From Candidatus Zhuqueibacterota bacterium (GTDB lineage Bacteria; Zhuqueibacterota; Zhuqueibacteria; Thermofontimicrobiales; Thermofontimicrobiaceae): a DNA stretch of 64,000 bases. The notes under the pieces are model-generated. The model was not told the origin of the DNA and made no database searches. It worked only from the letters and a program-made list of their open reading frames with translations. Position numbers and translations under genes: made by a program. The stretch lies in assembly GCA_049322915.1 (NCBI GenBank), contig JBMOPW010000002.1, forward strand, positions 1-64,000, read 5' to 3'. Within the stretch, counting starts at the first letter, position 1, and each line of letters starts with the position of its first letter. Of this stretch, positions 9,860 through 19,843 are shown piece after piece.

Positions 9860-12800
9860 ATGATAAAAAAGATCATGCCCGGATTCATCGTGTGTCTTTT
9901 GATATTGCTCATTGCCAGTATGGCGTTGGCAATAGAAGGGACAGGAAATTCGGGATCAAAATTAGATAAATCTTTTATTAAAAAGGCCACAAAGTATTTG
10001 GATGTAAACTCCATCCGTTGCGCGGTTATGAACAATGGTACTTATTCGAGGCATCCGATTACAACTAATTCGGATATGGAATGGCCCAAGGGCACAGGTA
10101 AAATGATTTGCTATGCTGCGGGTATGTGGATTTCTGGCAAAGTGAATGACCAGATTCGTACTGCCTGCGCTGATTATAACGTGGAATACCAGCCAGGGTT
10201 AATTCTGCCGGATGGAACTGCAGATGATCCCAGTAAAGAAGAATACCGCGTTTATAAAGTTCACATCAATTACCCTGATGGTAATGAATCTCTTGAAATT
10301 GATCCATGGTCTGCCTGGCCTGTTAACCAGGGTGCGCCAGTCAATGAAGATGGTTCCATCAAATGGATTGGCGACGAAATGCTGTATACTGTAATGAACG
10401 ATCTCGATCAGAATTTACATAGCACGACTTACAATACGCTCCCAATCGGTATCGAACTGCATTTGTTAGTATTTGCATTCGACCGAGCCGGCGCTTTGGG
10501 CAATAGCATGTTCGTTCAGTATACGATTATTAACAAAGGTAGTGCAGATTTACAAGATGCCTATATCGGCGCCTGGTACGATGTGGATAATGGCGGTGCA
10601 AATGATGACTTGATCGCCTATTGGGAAGAAGGCGGCGTGGCTATGTGCTACGGTGGTAAACCCATCGATGAAACGTATGGCTCCCGTCCCCCTGCATTTG
10701 GAATAGACTTTTTCCAGGGTCCCATCGTGGATTCCCCGGGAGACTCTGTTCGGTTGCCGGACGGCCGCGTGTTCTATGATAAAAAGAAACTGAGTGCCAC
10801 ATCATTTAATAAGTATTACAATTCAAACGCGACCTACTCCGATCCGCCTTATAACGCGCAGGGCGCTGTGGAAGTATACAACTATATGAGTGGTCACAGA
10901 AAAGATGGAGCTGACTGGATCAATCCACATACAGGTGAGGTTACCTCATTTGTAAATACCGGCGATCCTGTTACTGGCATTGGCTGGTTATCCACTGAAG
11001 AAAGCCCGCCTGCTGATGTCCGAATGCTCACCAGCGCTGGTCCATTTACTCTGGCAGTTGGTGATACCCAGGAGGTTGTAGTCGGTATCGTTATTGCCCA
11101 GGGTGGTGATCGCCTGTCCAGTGTTTCTTTGTTGAAGGTCTATGACAAACAATTGCAGCAAGCGTATGACCTCGGATTCAACGTTCCAAGTCCACCGCTT
11201 TCTCCTGATGTTGTCATTTCCGAGATGGATCGCGAAGTGATGCTCACCTGGGGACAGGGAGCAGAAGATTATACCAGCGACGCCGGGTACGAATTTGAGG
11301 GTTATAATGTGTACATTGGCGATTCGGAAGGTGGACCCTGGAAATTGGTTCAGGTATATGATGTACTCAACGGCGTGTTAACCGTTCTGGACGAAGGATA
11401 CGATGAAGCCACAAACGCAGTGCTGGAATTGCCGAGCGCCAAAGGTACCGATGGCGGTTTGCAGTACAATTACACGTTTTCAAAAGACTATGATGGTTTC
11501 ACCATGGCCAATGGTCGTACCTATTACGCAGCCGTGACATCCTATGCTTTTGAAAAAACAGCCACGCCTAAAGTGCTGGAAAGTTCAAAAATAGTGCTTC
11601 CGATTGTTCCTCATCAGGCACGACCAGGCACTGTTGTAGGTCAAACAGTGGGGCAGGAGATCGTACCTGAGCACTATACAGGAACTGCCAGTGAAGACAA
11701 ATACGAAGTTTGGGTTCAGATACCGGATCCACTCCATGTTCAAACCGCTGCTTATGAAGTGACAATTAATGAAGACAGCACCTGGACGATGTGGAGAAAC
11801 GGTCAGGCGATTCCTGAATATACCGATGTTGCTGAATACGGTATTTCAAAGGACAGGACGTTTGATACGGCGATTGGTGATCCCATCGATTTCTACTTCG
11901 GAATCAATGCTGATTTTAGTTTGTTGCCAATCACAAGTTTCATGTCCAAAATAGTGACCGATGCAGGTGAGGCAAATCCTGAACTGATCACATCGCTTAC
12001 CGGCCCTCTGGGTCTCAAATTAGGACCCAAAACAGATATGGCCGTTGATGGTCAATATAAAAAAGGTACGAAAAGCGCCGCGCTTCTGTACAACAATCTC
12101 GAAATTCGCTTCACCGGGGTGTTGTCTGCTGATTCGTTGACCGTGACATCCGGTGGGTCCATGGCGACATTGTTGTTTGGATGGGCCGACGCTGCCAATT
12201 TTATGCCACAGCATCCGGCTAACCCGGTGCCTGGTTCACGAACTCCATTCCTGGTCCGTGTCCCGTTTGAAATCTGGGATGTCGATAGAGGGATTCAACT
12301 GAATGCTTCATTCACAGATTACAAGCAGAAGATCAGCGATTCGACGTTCGTCCCCACGTGGCATCCGCGCGGACAATGCGCTGTTTATATTGTTGCGTCT
12401 CAGTATGATGAGCAGGTTCATAATGTCACTTTTACAGGAACCGATACCATGGCAACCTGGACATTCATCTACAAACAGGATGCAACATGGTCTACCGGGG
12501 ATGTGGTTGGATTGAGCTTCAAACAACTCACCCCAGTTACAGGTAAAGCTGTTGACATGGTGGTTCAGGGACAGAATGTAACACTGCAACCTGATAAGTT
12601 CAGATTCACGATTCAAGGCGTAACAGAAAACGTTGTTGCAGATGCTAAGAAGCGATTGGATATCATCAATGTATTTCCAAATCCATATCTTGGCTACAAC
12701 GTCATGGAGAGAAATTTACACGAAGAACATGTCTCGTTCATCAATATGCCCGAAGACTACACGATTCGAATCTTTTCTCTGGCAGGCCAGCTAATCCGAA

Positions 12801-12973
12801 CGCTGGAACCATTGGACACGCAAACCACGACACGAAGTTGGGATTTGCGCAATGAAAATAACTTGCCAGTCGCCAGTGGCTTCTATTTTGCTCATATCGA
12901 TGTCCCCGGCGTCGGCGAAAAGATTCTGAAACTGGCCGTGGTTTTCAGGCAGCAACGATTGAAGAATCTGTAA
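9860..12973 (+). CDS. Large secreted protein with T9SS-type/FlgD-like C-terminal domain
   Basis: Signal peptide; FN3-like segment (FEGYNVY...NGRTYYAAVTSY); CTD VFPNPY...IRIFSLAGQLIRTL...WDLRN...VASGFY...KLAVV; start MIKK with AGGAGG RBS. Confidence 0.8.
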   Translation: MIKKIMPGFIVCLLILLIASMALAIEGTGNSGSKLDKSFIKKATKYLDVNSIRCAVMNNGTYSRHPITTNSDMEWPKGTGKMICYAAGMWISGKVNDQIRTACADYNVEYQPGLILPDGTADDPSKEEYRVYKVHINYPDGNESLEIDPWSAWPVNQGAPVNEDGSIKWIGDEMLYTVMNDLDQNLHSTTYNTLPIGIELHLLVFAFDRAGALGNSMFVQYTIINKGSADLQDAYIGAWYDVDNGGANDDLIAYWEEGGVAMCYGGKPIDETYGSRPPAFGIDFFQGPIVDSPGDSVRLPDGRVFYDKKKLSATSFNKYYNSNATYSDPPYNAQGAVEVYNYMSGHRKDGADWINPHTGEVTSFVNTGDPVTGIGWLSTEESPPADVRMLTSAGPFTLAVGDTQEVVVGIVIAQGGDRLSSVSLLKVYDKQLQQAYDLGFNVPSPPLSPDVVISEMDREVMLTWGQGAEDYTSDAGYEFEGYNVYIGDSEGGPWKLVQVYDVLNGVLTVLDEGYDEATNAVLELPSAKGTDGGLQYNYTFSKDYDGFTMANGRTYYAAVTSYAFEKTATPKVLESSKIVLPIVPHQARPGTVVGQTVGQEIVPEHYTGTASEDKYEVWVQIPDPLHVQTAAYEVTINEDSTWTMWRNGQAIPEYTDVAEYGISKDRTFDTAIGDPIDFYFGINADFSLLPITSFMSKIVTDAGEANPELITSLTGPLGLKLGPKTDMAVDGQYKKGTKSAALLYNNLEIRFTGVLSADSLTVTSGGSMATLLFGWADAANFMPQHPANPVPGSRTPFLVRVPFEIWDVDRGIQLNASFTDYKQKISDSTFVPTWHPRGQCAVYIVASQYDEQVHNVTFTGTDTMATWTFIYKQDATWSTGDVVGLSFKQLTPVTGKAVDMVVQGQNVTLQPDKFRFTIQGVTENVVADAKKRLDIINVFPNPYLGYNVMERNLHEEHVSFINMPEDYTIRIFSLAGQLIRTLEPLDTQTTTRSWDLRNENNLPVASGFYFAHIDVPGVGEKILKLAVVFRQQRLKNL

Positions 12974-13034
12974 TTTTTCTCATTTCATGATGTTCCAACG
13001 ACAAACATTTTGAAATTAATTTGGAGAGTTAAAG

Positions 13035-14069
13035 ATGAAAATAAACAAACTTCTAATAATCATAGCTGTTATCGCCTTGGCTTTCAGTGTTACCTCTGTG
13101 ATGGCAGGTAACAAAGATAAAGTCGGTGGCGCGGGAGCACAGGAATTATTGATTCCAGTCGGTTCTCGAGGGATCGCCATGGGTGGAGCTTTCAATGCCA
13201 TCGTCAGCGGCAATGAAGCCATCTTCTGGAACCCGGCTGGTCTGGCTGCCTCCCCAGCTACTGCTGAGGCAACTTTTTCTAATTTGCAATACCTTGCAGA
13301 TACACAGGTGAACTATTTTGCTGTATCATCCAAATTAGGTAGTGTTGGCTCGTTAGGTATCAGTGCAAAAGTGCTCGATCTCGGCGAATTTGCTGAAACG
13401 ACCGAATTTGAGACCGAAGGCACCGGAAGAATGGTGAGCCCGAATTTCGTCGTGTTGGGTCTGACGTTCTCACGACAAATGACGGACCGCATTTTCTTCG
13501 GCGTGAATACCAAACTCATTTCCGAAAGCTTCCTCCGAATGAGCGCCACAGGCGTTGCGTTCGATTTTGGCGTGCAATACGTCAGCAATTACGGCGTGCG
13601 CATGGGTTTGACCCTCAATAATTTCGGTGGCATGATGAAGTATACAGGTGAGGATCTCCAGGAAAACGTGGATATTCCTTATACCGAATATGGCACTGAA
13701 CGATTCGATTTGAGATGGGAAGCCCAGGGCTTTGAATTGCCCAGCACGTTCGAAATTGGTATTGCCTACGATTATAAACTGGCTGACACGCAGTTGATAA
13801 CCGCTGCTGCCAATTACCGTAACCAAAACTACGGCATGGATGAAGTCATGGGCGGTCTGGAATATGCGTTCAACGACATGTTCTTTGTGCGCGGTGGTTA
13901 TTCCACCATGCCCGAGGGGACGTCTGAGGACAATATTTTCGGAATGACGGCCGGCGCCGGTCTCAAATACAAACTCGCTGGTACGACCTACGTGATGTTC
14001 GACTATGCCTATCGGGAAACCAAATGGTTCGATGCAAATCAATGGTTTACTGTCGGCCTTACCTTTTAA
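13035..14069 (+). CDS. PorV/PorQ-family outer-membrane beta-barrel
   Basis: GAQELLIPVGSRGIAMGGA, AIFWNPAGL, alternating beta-strands, terminal Phe. Confidence 0.85.
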   Translation: MKINKLLIIIAVIALAFSVTSVMAGNKDKVGGAGAQELLIPVGSRGIAMGGAFNAIVSGNEAIFWNPAGLAASPATAEATFSNLQYLADTQVNYFAVSSKLGSVGSLGISAKVLDLGEFAETTEFETEGTGRMVSPNFVVLGLTFSRQMTDRIFFGVNTKLISESFLRMSATGVAFDFGVQYVSNYGVRMGLTLNNFGGMMKYTGEDLQENVDIPYTEYGTERFDLRWEAQGFELPSTFEIGIAYDYKLADTQLITAAANYRNQNYGMDEVMGGLEYAFNDMFFVRGGYSTMPEGTSEDNIFGMTAGAGLKYKLAGTTYVMFDYAYRETKWFDANQWFTVGLTF

Positions 14070-14097
14070 GGAATAAACAGTTCCGTCGTTAATGGTT

Positions 14098-14144
14098 GAA
14101 AAGGATTGATGCCGATCTTGTGGCGTCAATCCTTTTCCCTTTTT
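14098..14144 (+). terminator. Rho-independent terminator after the PorV-like gene
   Basis: Stem GAAAAGGATTGATGCC / GGCGTCAATCCTTTTC followed by a T-run. Confidence 0.7.
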
Positions 14145-14348
14145 AAACGGTCGCTTCAGGTCTGCAATCCTGAGCAGACGCGAGATGACAGGCTTTTCGT
14201 TCAATCGGAGGGAACTCCGGTGTTGCATTTTTTCAATCTGTTTTTCCATGGGCTTTGATGTGAATTCTCCGCATGTAAATGTCTTTCACGCGCTATGCGC
14301 AGTTTAAATTTTTCGGATTTTGTAATTCAATTCAGATGTTCACTCATG

Positions 14349-14467
14349 ATAACTGGTTAGCCACATGATGGCGCCGGAAATTTATCTGGCGCTGGCAATG
14401 GTTGGAATGTATATCCCCGAAAGTTCGGTTGGTCGTCTTTGTGTTCAACAAATAATTAAACAGCTTC
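14349..14467. repeat. ~120 bp dispersed repeat, copy 2
   Basis: Collinear similarity to 4406-4525. Confidence 0.6.
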
Positions 14468-14510
14468 AAATAATTCATCCCATACTTGAATTGAAAAAAG
14501 TGTTAATCCT

Positions 14511-16010
14511 ATGAAAATGAAATTGAGATTCTTTTTGGTGCTCGCCATAGTGGCATTGAGCATTCCCGCCCTGCAAAGCGCAGAGAAAATGACGCTGAGC
14601 CTGGATGTGTGCCAGTTCCGCTTTAGCACGGATTCATCTCTGGTGGAAGTGTATTATGGACTTTATGCTCCTGCCAACATCGCAAATACCGCGCCGGCCG
14701 AGAACCTGCTTGTCCTGGCATTGACCATTTTCAACGGACGGGAGCAAATCGTCAACAATATCTGGAAGGTGGAAGCGCAGCCGCAGGATTCGGCCGATCC
14801 GGCCACACCCCACATGATCATCGATGTCATGCGCTATCTGCTGCCGGCTGGGAATTATGATTTCAAATTGACCGCTCGGGATATGAATGATCCCAATCGC
14901 TCGGACAGCATTGCAGTGAAAGATTTTAAAGTGCACACATTCGGCCCGCAGGCACTGGCCATGAGCAGCCTGGAATTCGCCCAGGAAATTACCCCAGTCC
15001 CGGGCGACAGTGAAGATCGATTCTTTAAAAATCGATTTCGCGTCGTGCCCAATCCGCTCACCCTGTATGGAGAAACGAATAACCAGGTTTATTATTATTT
15101 TGAAAACTACAATCTGCCCACTCGTTTCGGCGATAGTTTCTACATCATCAAGCGCACGGTTGTGGATAGCTATGGCCTGCCGTTAGCTGCCATACCCGTT
15201 GATTTGAAGAAGAAGCGAATTCGCGGCAACGATGCCGCCGAAGTCGGAATGTTCGATGTTTCTGCCGTCCCGAGCGGAACGTACTTCCTGCATTTTGTGC
15301 TGATGGACGAGTCGAATAAAGAATACAGTTCGATGCAAAAACGGTTCTACATCCATAATCCGAACGTCGCTCCTATTCAGCGCGATACGCTTCCGCTTCA
15401 AAGCCAGGTGGCCAGCAGCGAAATTGCTCTGCTTTCGCCGGAGGACGTAGAAATACTGACGACTATTGTGCACGATTATTTGGGGGAGGAACACGATAGA
15501 AAAATAGTTGAAGCGCTTCTCACAGATACTGCCCGGCGCGAATTTCTGTATCGGTACTGGAAGAGTCGCGACACTAATCCGAATACGGGATTTTTCGAAC
15601 CATTGCAGGAGATGATGCAGCGAATCCGGTTTTCATCAGATAATTATAGCGAGTCGCAATTGGCCGGCTGGCGAACTGACCGCGGTCGTATTTTCATCAC
15701 CTACGGCAAGCCGACTGAAATACAACGATATCCCAATGTTGCGGACTTCAAAGAATTCGAAGCCTGGAGTTACGATGAGATTGAACATGGTGTTGTGTTC
15801 ATCTTTGCCGTGAAAGGCGCCTTTGGTGATTTATCGCTGATTCACTCCACAAAAACCGGAGAGTTGCAAAATGAACTGTGGTTTGACCTCGTCAAAGTCA
15901 CCAGTGGCTCCACAGGATTGAGCAGCGAAGCCCAGGGAACTGATCGGATGGATCTGTTGCGGGATACGTTCCGAAGCTACGGACTCGAATTGCCTCGGTA
16001 TTTGAGGTAA
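14511..16010 (+). CDS. GWxTD domain-containing protein
   Basis: Signal peptide; FLYRYWKSRD..P, GWRTDRGRIFITYGKP, EAWSY. Confidence 0.9.
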   Translation: MKMKLRFFLVLAIVALSIPALQSAEKMTLSLDVCQFRFSTDSSLVEVYYGLYAPANIANTAPAENLLVLALTIFNGREQIVNNIWKVEAQPQDSADPATPHMIIDVMRYLLPAGNYDFKLTARDMNDPNRSDSIAVKDFKVHTFGPQALAMSSLEFAQEITPVPGDSEDRFFKNRFRVVPNPLTLYGETNNQVYYYFENYNLPTRFGDSFYIIKRTVVDSYGLPLAAIPVDLKKKRIRGNDAAEVGMFDVSAVPSGTYFLHFVLMDESNKEYSSMQKRFYIHNPNVAPIQRDTLPLQSQVASSEIALLSPEDVEILTTIVHDYLGEEHDRKIVEALLTDTARREFLYRYWKSRDTNPNTGFFEPLQEMMQRIRFSSDNYSESQLAGWRTDRGRIFITYGKPTEIQRYPNVADFKEFEAWSYDEIEHGVVFIFAVKGAFGDLSLIHSTKTGELQNELWFDLVKVTSGSTGLSSEAQGTDRMDLLRDTFRSYGLELPRYLR

Positions 16011-16020
16011 GTGAATTTTT

Positions 16021-17391
16021 ATGAAAGGTCGCGAATTATTTCAGACAAAAAACGTGCAGAATAAATTTCTGTTTTTTGCCATATTTCTCTTGCTAATTCA
16101 AATACCGTGTTTTGCACAAGAAAAAAAGTGGATTGTTTACAATCCGGAAAATTCTGGATTATCGGATACCAATGTGCTTTCCCTGGCAATGGATGATGCG
16201 GGAGTCCTCTGGATTGGATCCAAGTACTCAGGATTGATAGAGTTCAACGGTGATAAATGGGTTTCGTATATTCCTGATAGCTCGAATACGGAGCCGCAGA
16301 AAAAAATATACTCCGGCACGAAAATCCAGGCATTTTCTTCTTCTCTCGGGCCACAAATTAATGCCTTTTACGATGTGGCTGTCGATGCCAGTGGCGTGAA
16401 GTGGCTGGGCACAAAAATCGGCGGCTTGTTCAAACTGGTCGGAACCACATGGAAAGTTTATAGCCCAGATAATTCCGAAATTCCAGATGTACGCGCCTGG
16501 ACAGTGACTCTGGATTCCCAAGGGCGAAAATGGATCGGCACCAAGACAGGCGGTGTAGCTGTTTTTGATAATTTGAATTGGGTGATTTACAATGAGACCA
16601 ATTCACTGCTGCCGGATAATGATGTCAATTGCATATTTATTGATAAGACCGGTATAAAATGGATTGGAACATACAATGGTTTGGCTGTGCTGAATAACAG
16701 TACATGGACGATTTATCAGACGAAAAATTCAGGACTGCCGGTCAATACTGTATCTTCCATTGCCATCGATGGCGCCGGAGCAAAATGGTTTGGAACTCTT
16801 GGCGGCGGCCTGGTTAAATATAACGGTTCCCACTGGCAGGTATTCAATTCATCGAATTCAGAATTGCCGGATGATGATATTTGGAAGATAGCCACCGATG
16901 TGCAGGGCAATGTGTGGATAGGAACCTTAAGCGCGGGCCTTGCAAAATTTGATGGAAAGAATTGGGAGGTTTTCAATCCAGATAATTCGAATTTTCCATC
17001 GAACAATGTGTGGGATATTTTAATAGATGCTAAGGGAAATAAATGGGTGGCCACAAGTTTGGGGCTTGCGTTTTTGGGTGATATGGAAACGCCTGCTCCT
17101 GAAAATGAAACAATTGATTTTCTCCTTTTACAGAATTTTCCAAATCCCTTCAACTCCTCGACAATCCTTACTTTTCACCTTCCGGTTGAAACGAAGGTTA
17201 AAATTTCTATTTACAATGTACTTGGCGCCCAGATTCAGGTTTTGACCAATTCGGTTTATGGCCCGGGCGCGCACCAGGTGATTTGGGATGGAAAGGACAA
17301 CGCAGGGGATTTTGTACCAAGTGGGACGTATATTTGTCGGTTGAAAACAAGAGGTGCGTCAATCACGAAAAAAATGTTGCTGCTGCGTTAG
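16021..17391 (+). CDS. Reg_prop-type beta-propeller protein with T9SS/FlgD-like CTD
   Basis: Repeated W.VY...NS.LP...V..I..D..G.KWIGT blades; LQNFPNPFNSST...WDG...SGTY...KKMLLLR. Confidence 0.85.
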   Translation: MKGRELFQTKNVQNKFLFFAIFLLLIQIPCFAQEKKWIVYNPENSGLSDTNVLSLAMDDAGVLWIGSKYSGLIEFNGDKWVSYIPDSSNTEPQKKIYSGTKIQAFSSSLGPQINAFYDVAVDASGVKWLGTKIGGLFKLVGTTWKVYSPDNSEIPDVRAWTVTLDSQGRKWIGTKTGGVAVFDNLNWVIYNETNSLLPDNDVNCIFIDKTGIKWIGTYNGLAVLNNSTWTIYQTKNSGLPVNTVSSIAIDGAGAKWFGTLGGGLVKYNGSHWQVFNSSNSELPDDDIWKIATDVQGNVWIGTLSAGLAKFDGKNWEVFNPDNSNFPSNNVWDILIDAKGNKWVATSLGLAFLGDMETPAPENETIDFLLLQNFPNPFNSSTILTFHLPVETKVKISIYNVLGAQIQVLTNSVYGPGAHQVIWDGKDNAGDFVPSGTYICRLKTRGASITKKMLLLR

Positions 17392-17651
17392 CGATTCGGA
17401 GGGTTAGCGATGGTTTAAAGATGGGGAGGCGCATCTAAATGACCGGCAAAACCTTTGAAATTTCGAACACATTGTTCCACCGATTAATTAGTTCCTGATT
17501 TACCTCGTAATCAATCCATTGGTAGTTATAATATATCTCTGCGCCAACTGAAAGCGACAATCCTCTCAATTTCCTGAACTGTCATGTCCTGAAAAAAGTT
17601 GACAGAAATTAGTTAATGTTTTTTAGTTTTAGAAAAACAGTTTTTATTGTC

Positions 17652-17690
17652 AAATTGCGGCCCTGCATTAATCCAGAGCCGCAATAAAAA
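17652..17690. terminator. Hairpin terminator between convergent genes
   Basis: Stem ATTGCGGC...GCCGCAAT with flanking A/T runs. Confidence 0.55.
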
Positions 17691-17717
17691 TTTGCACTTT
17701 TTCAAAATCGGTTCGAC

Positions 17718-19661
17718 TTAAGTCTGGCGCGATTTTGCTGCCACTTTGTACAAATAATAACCCAGCGCAGAAAATGCGATCACCGAGACTACCTGTCCCA
17801 GCAATTCGGTGGGGTAGTGGATTTCCAAAAATATTGGTTCCTTTGAAATGACCACGGCAATGACAGCGATGACAACGCCCATCAATCCTTCGCCGGCAAT
17901 GAATCCCGATCCCAATAGCACGCCCTGATCTTTCACTTTTGACTGCGCGTCTACGTTGTAATTTTTATCCACGAGATAACGGATAAGCGCGCCGATGAAC
18001 ACCGGCGTCATGGTGTAGAGCGGCAGGTACATGCCAACAGCAAACGGAAGGGGCGGGATTTTGAAGAAGAGAACAATGATCGAAAAAATTGCGCCGATAC
18101 CCACCAGATCCCATCGCAGATTCCCGCCGAGGACGCCATCCAATATCGTCTTCATCAGGGTCGCCTGCGGCGCCGGCAGGGCGTCTGTGCCAAAACCATA
18201 GGCTTTGCCCAGATACAACACGGCCAGACTGATGAAGAAAGCCGAGCCTATGGCCCCGATGATTTCGCTGATCTGTTGAATTCTCGGCGTGGCGCCGATG
18301 ATGTAGCCGGTCTTCAAATCCTGAGAAATATCCCCGGCAATGGAAGCGGCGATACAGACCATGGTCCCAATGGTGAGCGCGGTGATTTTTCCGGTAATGT
18401 CGGTCCAGCCAATCAGATTGAAAATCAAACCTGTTCCCAACAGGGTGACGATGGCCATGCCCGAGGTGGGATTGGAGGAAACGCCGATCAGCCCAACGAT
18501 TCGGGAGGAGACTGTCACGAAAATGAACGCGAACAGCGCGATAGCCAGGGCGCTGAGAAAACGCATGAGCAGAAAAGTGTGGTGCCCAATAATTCCCGGG
18601 ATGAACGTGACTGCGAAAATGACGAGAGAAATTCCAAGAAGGACCCACTTCAAATGAATGTCCTGTTCGGTGCGGAGTCTGGTCTCGCCGGACTTGGTTG
18701 TGCTCGATTTGATCTGAGCCACGCCAATTTTCAGCGACTGAATCATGGTGGGAATCGACCGGGCCACGGTGATAATTCCGGCGGCTGCCACAGCGCCGGC
18801 GCCAATGATTCGGATGTAGCCCTCCCAAATTTGCTTGGCGCTCAATTGGCCGATGGTGGTGATGTCCTGGGCCAGGCCATTTGCCCTGAGATAGGCCAAC
18901 GTATCCGGCCAGATGGCGGAATCCCCAAATTTATAGGCGATGAATGGAATGATGAACACCCACGAGAGGAGACCACCGCTGACCATGATCGTGCCGATTC
19001 GAAGGCGCAGAATATAGCCCACGCCGAGTAGCGCCGGTGTGGTGGAAATGCCAATAATGGCTTTTTGTACGAATGGTATGTGCAGGAAAACTTTACTGGG
19101 CCACAAGTATAACAGCGAAATGAGACTCTTGAAAAATGCGCCGAGGCCCAACCCAATGAAGACATTTTTTGCAGAAGAGCCTCCCTCTGAGGCGGCAATG
19201 AGCACCTCGGCGCTGGCCGTTCCTTCCGGATAGGGCAAATTGTAATGCTCCTTGACAATGAGAAATCCCCGCAGCGGCACCATGAACAGAACGCCGATGA
19301 CGCCGCCGCACATCGCCAATAATGTCATTTGAAATAGCGAAGGCTGGTAGCCCCAAATGAACAGCGCCGGAATCGTGAAAATCGTCCCGGAGGCCAGTGA
19401 TGAACTGGCAGAGCCGACGGTCTGCATCACATTGCCTTCGAGGATTGTGCCTTTGCCGAACAGAGGCGTGAGAATCCGTAGAATTGCAACGGAGACAACT
19501 GCGAGCGGGATGGCGGTGCTGATGGTCAGTCCCACCAGCAGGCCGAGATAGGCATTGGCGCTCCCAAAAATCGCTCCCAGCACGATTCCGATACTGACGG
19601 TTTTGAAGTTGAAGTCTTTGACTTTCATTTCTGCGGGAATGAATGGTTTGTGTTCTGTCAT
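17718..19661 (-). CDS. OPT-family oligopeptide transporter
   Basis: NAYLGL..GLT, LPYPEGTA.AEVL, SSNPTSG, DISQDLKTG, LPAPQATLM. Confidence 0.9.
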   Translation of the reverse strand: MTEHKPFIPAEMKVKDFNFKTVSIGIVLGAIFGSANAYLGLLVGLTISTAIPLAVVSVAILRILTPLFGKGTILEGNVMQTVGSASSSLASGTIFTIPALFIWGYQPSLFQMTLLAMCGGVIGVLFMVPLRGFLIVKEHYNLPYPEGTASAEVLIAASEGGSSAKNVFIGLGLGAFFKSLISLLYLWPSKVFLHIPFVQKAIIGISTTPALLGVGYILRLRIGTIMVSGGLLSWVFIIPFIAYKFGDSAIWPDTLAYLRANGLAQDITTIGQLSAKQIWEGYIRIIGAGAVAAAGIITVARSIPTMIQSLKIGVAQIKSSTTKSGETRLRTEQDIHLKWVLLGISLVIFAVTFIPGIIGHHTFLLMRFLSALAIALFAFIFVTVSSRIVGLIGVSSNPTSGMAIVTLLGTGLIFNLIGWTDITGKITALTIGTMVCIAASIAGDISQDLKTGYIIGATPRIQQISEIIGAIGSAFFISLAVLYLGKAYGFGTDALPAPQATLMKTILDGVLGGNLRWDLVGIGAIFSIIVLFFKIPPLPFAVGMYLPLYTMTPVFIGALIRYLVDKNYNVDAQSKVKDQGVLLGSGFIAGEGLMGVVIAVIAVVISKEPIFLEIHYPTELLGQVVSVIAFSALGYYLYKVAAKSRQT

Positions 19662-19843
19662 GGGCAGATTCCTTTTCTTGCGAATAACAGGTTTGTGAAT
19701 TATGGTAGCGTCCGACGACAGCGTCATGGCTGAATCGGCTTTCTATTTGAAATAGAGCTCAGGCGCATTACGGTCGATTGAATCGTCCTCTTACAAAGAC
19801 CGATCTACGATTCGGCAAAAAGCGCCTGAATCAAGTCTGATTT

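Noticed and set aside
16081..17075. Periodic sequence similarity as a DNA repeat array
   Set aside because: Explained by protein beta-propeller blade repeats
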